Source: Felis catus (lineage: Eukaryota). From it: 64,000 nucleotides of DNA. Below are positions 59,646 through 64,000 of the stretch, piece by piece; position 1 is the first letter of the stretch; each line of letters begins with the position of its first letter. Below the pieces are notes generated by a model. It worked only from the letters and a program-made list of their open reading frames with translations. It made no database searches and was not told where the DNA came from. A program made the position numbers and the translations under genes. Location: the NCBI RefSeq assembly GCF_018350175.1, contig NC_058383.1, positions 13,952,001-14,016,000 of the forward strand, in the 5' to 3' direction.

Positions 59646-60707
59646 AGTGAAGGGGAAGTCGGGGCTCCATTCTGCTCCGTCGGCGGGAGACGTGTACAGG
59701 AGTGTGTGTGCACGTGGGGGAGGGTCAGGACTGCGGGTGTGAACTTGGCAGTGGTTGGGGAGGGAGGCCTGGGGAGGCCTGGCCTGCCCAGACGGCAGCC
59801 GGTGGCCAGCAAGGGGCAGCTCGAGAGCCCGCGATGGGAAAAAGCCGTGGGAAGGAAGCAGGAAATCATCACACCATAGTCCAAGTTTGGCCCAAGGTCA
59901 GCCCCGCTCTTTCCACGTTGCGAAGCGGTACAGTTTCGCCGCAGCAGCAGCCACGGGCCCCGGGGGACTGGCAGCTGGGAGGCCCCGAGCCCCTTTGCTC
60001 TGGAAGAATGTCAGACCTGGGGGCAGACGGCCAGGATGGAAGCCTGTGCCCGCAGGAGCCCCCACCAGCCTCCCGGGGCGGGGAGGGGCCCAAGAAAACA
60101 GGTGCGGTCCCTCCCGGGCTCCCTCCCTTCTCTGCATTGCAGCTGCTTCCAGGGCTGGGGCTCCTGACATCTCGACAAATGACGCGGCCACGCGGCAAAG
60201 CCGCTCCAGCCAGAGAGCTGCAGGCTTCCCCGGGAGGGCCGCGCACAGGTCCGCGACTGCCCACAGAGCAGGCGTGAGTGCCAGCCGCAGACTCTCCCGC
60301 TAAGAAATCGCCTCTTATTTGCTGGTAACTGAGCTTGATTTCCCTGTCAGGTTCCCATTCCCCCAAGTCACAGAAGACACCACCTCTTGCGAGTCTCAGT
60401 TTCTTGTCTCCTGGGGTGGCATCCAAAAGCCACGTGGGTCGTGGCTCGGTCAGGCTGTGTGTTCCGAGCTGGCCCGAGTCCCTCTGGTCTTCTGCCCTCA
60501 GTGTGCCCCCCCTCTGCCCGCAAGGTCCCCTCGGGTCCACCAGCTCTCACTGCTGCCTGTGGACCACCCTTGGGTCCCCCGCACCCCACTCTCTAGGGCC
60601 CGAGAACTGCTCTGGGACCCTCTAGGTACGTGGGTTCCCTGAAACTTCTGTGCTACAACCTGGTGCTTGGGACCTGCGACCCCATCCTGGCTGCTCCGCC
60701 CACTTAC

Positions 60708-60776
60708 ACCCCCCCTGCAGACATGGGGCTCCGGCCTCACCAAGCTGGGCTGGGCAGTCCTGAGTCTCCTTGGGTT
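60708..60776 (-). CDS. weak orphan exon candidate (69 nt, frame-preserving)
   Basis: Acceptor cctctgacctcttccccggtcag and donor gtaagt; open frame xPKETQDCPAQLGEAGAPCLQGG; not recognised. Confidence 0.2.
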
Positions 60777-60789
60777 CTGACCGGGGAAG

Positions 60790-60802
60790 AGGTCAGAGGT
60801 CA
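60790..60802 (+). promoter_or_regulatory. perfect DR1 nuclear-receptor element
   Basis: AGGTCA-g-AGGTCA, followed by a third half-site g-AGGCCA. Confidence 0.45.
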
Positions 60803-61664
60803 GAGGCCACTTCTCTTCTTAAAGGTCCAAACTTACACTGAGGTTTAAGACCCTCTTGGGGGCAGCCCAGGGAATGGCGGGGGTGGTGGGTGGGGGGGCG
60901 GGGGTGGCGGGTGGGGGGCGGAGGCCCTTTGCCCTTTGCTCCCCCCCCCAGCACCCCCTGTCCACTCCCAGCCCAGGGGTTGCTCATCCAGGCACACCGG
61001 GTGGGGGGTTGGGGTTTTTAGGTCATCCCCCCACCAACCCCCACCCCCCCCCCCACGATCTTAAACTTTGGTCTCAGGGTTTGCTCTAGGTTCTAGGAAT
61101 GCAAAAACCCTCCGTTTACCCTCTGTGCCGGATGCTTAAGGACCCAAAAGCCCGGGAGGTAGTGTAACAGGGAGCCCTAGCAGAAAAACTCATTCATTCA
61201 CTCTTAGTCCGAAATACCTCTCAGCATCTGAGAATGGGAGCCCGCCCCGCCCCGGTCCCAGAGCAGCAGTGGGTGAGACTTCATTTCCCCTCTGAGTGGA
61301 AACAGCCTTCCGAGAGAGCATCCCGGACATCTCATTAACAGGATGCTGGATGCCCGGTGCTGGAAGGGGCCCACAGGGAGACCTCGGTCACCTTCCCATG
61401 CTGAGCCTGAACCCATCCGTGTCACCGTAGTGCGCGTGTCCTGTAACAGGGAACTCTCTGCCATAACTTTCAGATGTTGCTCACTTGTAGAAAATTCCTC
61501 CTTAATTCAAGGCAAAAATCTTCCTTTCTGCCACTTCCGCATGCTGATTCTGGTTCTGTTCCCCGGACGGGAAAAAACCAAATAAACAAAGATCCTCCCC
61601 CGGAGAGCCCAGATGGGGGCAAGACAGAAAGTGTGCTTCAATGATTTCCAAGAACTAAACATTC

Positions 61665-61871
61665 CCTTTTTCCCCCCCAAAGTTTATTTAGTTATTTTGA
61701 GAGAAAGAGAGAGAAGAGGGGCAGAAAGAGGGAGAGAGAGAGAGTATTAACAGGCGCTGCACTGTTAGTGAGGAGACCATCCCCGGGCTCGAAACTCATG
61801 AAACGTGAGATCGTGACCTGAGCTGAATCCAAGGGTCAGACGCTTCACACACTGAGCCGCCCAGGCACCCC
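61665..61871 (-). mobile_element. CanSINE
   Basis: TSD ctaaacattc at 61655-61664 and 61878-61887. Confidence 0.92.
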
Positions 61872-62275
61872 CAAGAGCTAAACATTCTTGAAGTGTGACG
61901 TCCCTGGGTCCCCGAAGGGCTCCTCTGGTGATCGGGACTCCAGCGCTCTGGGGCTAGGCTGGCCCTTGGCTGGTAGCATAAAGCAGGAAGGGAGAGCAAG
62001 AAGGCCAGGCCTGGGGCCAGGTCTGCCTCCTTGGGAACCCAGCTGCTGGGATGGGCAGGGAGGATCCCATCTGCTGGGCAGATCAGAGCCTTCAAGAGGG
62101 GATAATAGTGGATTTCGACTGGCACCTCCTGGTTGCTAGGATTTAACTCATTTTATCACAACAAGTCTATAAATTAGGTACTATCATTTCCATTTAGCAG
62201 ATGATGAGACAGAGGCATGAAGAAGTTGAGTAACTTGCCCCAGGGCACAGAGCCAGGAAGACGTGGCTGCACCAC

Positions 62276-62502
62276 GGGGCGCCTGCGTGGCTCAGTCGGT
62301 TAAGCGTCAGACTTCGGCCCAGGTCAAGAGCTCACGGCTCGGCTCGTGAGTTCGAGCCCCGCGTCAGGCTCCGTGCTGACAGCTCGGAGCCTGGAGCCTG
62401 CTGCGGATTCTGTGTCTCCCTCTCTCTCTGCCCCTCCCTAGCCCACGCTCGCACTCTCTCTCTCTCTCTGTCAAAAATAAATAAACTTAAAAAAAAAAAA
62501 AA
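62276..62502 (+). mobile_element. CanSINE inserted in a MIR (~62135-62570, minus)
   Basis: TSD aaga(c/a)gtggctgcacca at 62258-62274 and 62503-62519. Confidence 0.96.
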
Positions 62503-63448
62503 AAGAAGTGGCTGCACCAGATTCAACCCCCTGCCCCCAGTTCAGTCCAGAGTCCACTCTGCTAATCACTACACGGTGTAGCAGGGCATTGCTCAGACGT
62601 GGAGGGTGGGGAGGGGGACTCTAAGCAGCCCCTGCATTCTCACTGCTTGTTTATAGACTTGGACTTGGCTCAAGATACCGTGGGACTCAACACCCACTTT
62701 GCAGATTCAGGAGCGGATGCCCACCCAAGTAGGAGCTGGAGCTAAGGCAGGGGCTGCCTGGCAGGAGCTGGATACGGAGGGAGGAGCTGTCAGTGGGAGT
62801 GGGATCAAGGCAGAGAAGGAGATGGGGACGGGAAATATACCCTGGTTCCTCTGATTCTCCTAACCTCCAATCTCTTGTCGATACCTCTCGTTGGCTGAAC
62901 CCAGCTGCCAACGGAGCCAGGAAAGGTAGCTTGTAGGGGGCAGACCCTGTAGTGAGCGCAAAGCAGGGGAGTGGATGCGTGCACAAGCAGGTAAGAGACT
63001 GGCACGTTTGCAGATAGGTGACTTCCAGAGAAGAGGTCTCAGAAGCAGGCTGAGGAGTGATCATCTCATTGGGCCAAGGTAGCCACTAACTGATTCTCAG
63101 ACCAGACGCCATGTCTGTTACATCCTCTGTCGTGAGCTGGAGCCCTGTGTCTTCGGGGGGCAGTCATCGATGAGAAATCATGCTTCTTCTCAGCCCTGGG
63201 GGACCCCCTGGTCTGTTGGCGAAGGAAGCAGGACAGAGAACGCCAGCTGGATTTCCAGCTGCGTGAAGTTCCAAGAGGGAGTCTTGGGCTAGTCTATTGC
63301 ACCTGCTTCAGGGACCTCAACATTAACAGAGCTATGCCTTTGAGTGGCTGGTATGAAGAATTGTATCTTCACTCAAATTGTATCTATTGATAAGTGAAAG
63401 GGACCGCACCCCTCCCCCCTCCCGCTTTTGTACTGGGCATAGAACTCT

Positions 63449-63870
63449 TACGATGGTTAATTTTATGTGTCAACTTGGATGGGTCAAATCTTATCCTGGA
63501 TACTTCTGTGAAGGCGTTCGTTGGATGAGATTCATATTAAAATCTGTGGTCTCAGAGTAAAGCAGATTACTCTCCCTAATGCAGGTGCCATCTTCCAATC
63601 AGCTAAAGGCTGTAATAAATCAAAGATGGACCTCCCCCAGGCAAGAAGGGATTCTGCCAGCAGACAGCCTTTGGATGTAGATGGCAGCTCTTCCCTGAGT
63701 CTCCAGCTGCCAGCCTACCCTGCAGATTTTGGACTTGCAACCTCCACAAATGGTGTGAGACAATTTTTTAAAAATAAATCACTCCCTCCTCTCTTTGTAG
63801 CTCTCTCCCCGCCCCCCCCCCCCCTCCATACCGTTGGTTCCATTTTTTCTGGAGCGCCCTGGCTAATACA
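63449..63870 (+). mobile_element. MLT2 (ERVL) LTR
   Basis: gatggttaattttatgtgtcaacttg...gagtaaagcagattactctccctaatg...gcctaccctgcagattttggacttgc...ctggctaataca. Confidence 0.88.
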
Positions 63871-64000
63871 CCTCCAGTAGACTAAGGATTTGATTTAATG
63901 CTCCCTTTTGGAGACAAGGCACGTGGACTGCCACACGGGTGGACCTTGGAAAATTGTCCCACTTTAGCATGCCCAAACGTCTCGTAGGGTGAACCATGCT

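Overview
This is mammalian genomic DNA, almost certainly from a felid: it holds about 37 tRNA-derived CanSINE copies, several of the young cat SINEC_Fc type, and a young carnivore/feline L1 3' end. It reads as GC-rich intergenic or intronic sequence dominated by interspersed repeats (CanSINEs, L1, L2, MIR, MaLR/ERVL LTRs, MER5-like and Tigger-like DNA transposons) and simple repeats. I cannot confidently identify any protein-coding gene, RNA gene or CRISPR array. Nearly all listed ORFs are explained by repeats or low complexity. I see no convincing new biological system. The best leads are small-scale: a template-switch hairpin at a SINE junction, a twin-primed inverted L1, tailless young SINEs joined by microhomology, nested insertions, a ~750 bp pure-purine tract, several repeat-free AT-rich candidate enhancers, CTCF/DR1/X-box motifs and three weak orphan exon candidates. 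Repeat subfamily names come from recalled consensus sequences and need RepeatMasker/Dfam confirmation. Boundaries without TSDs are approximate.
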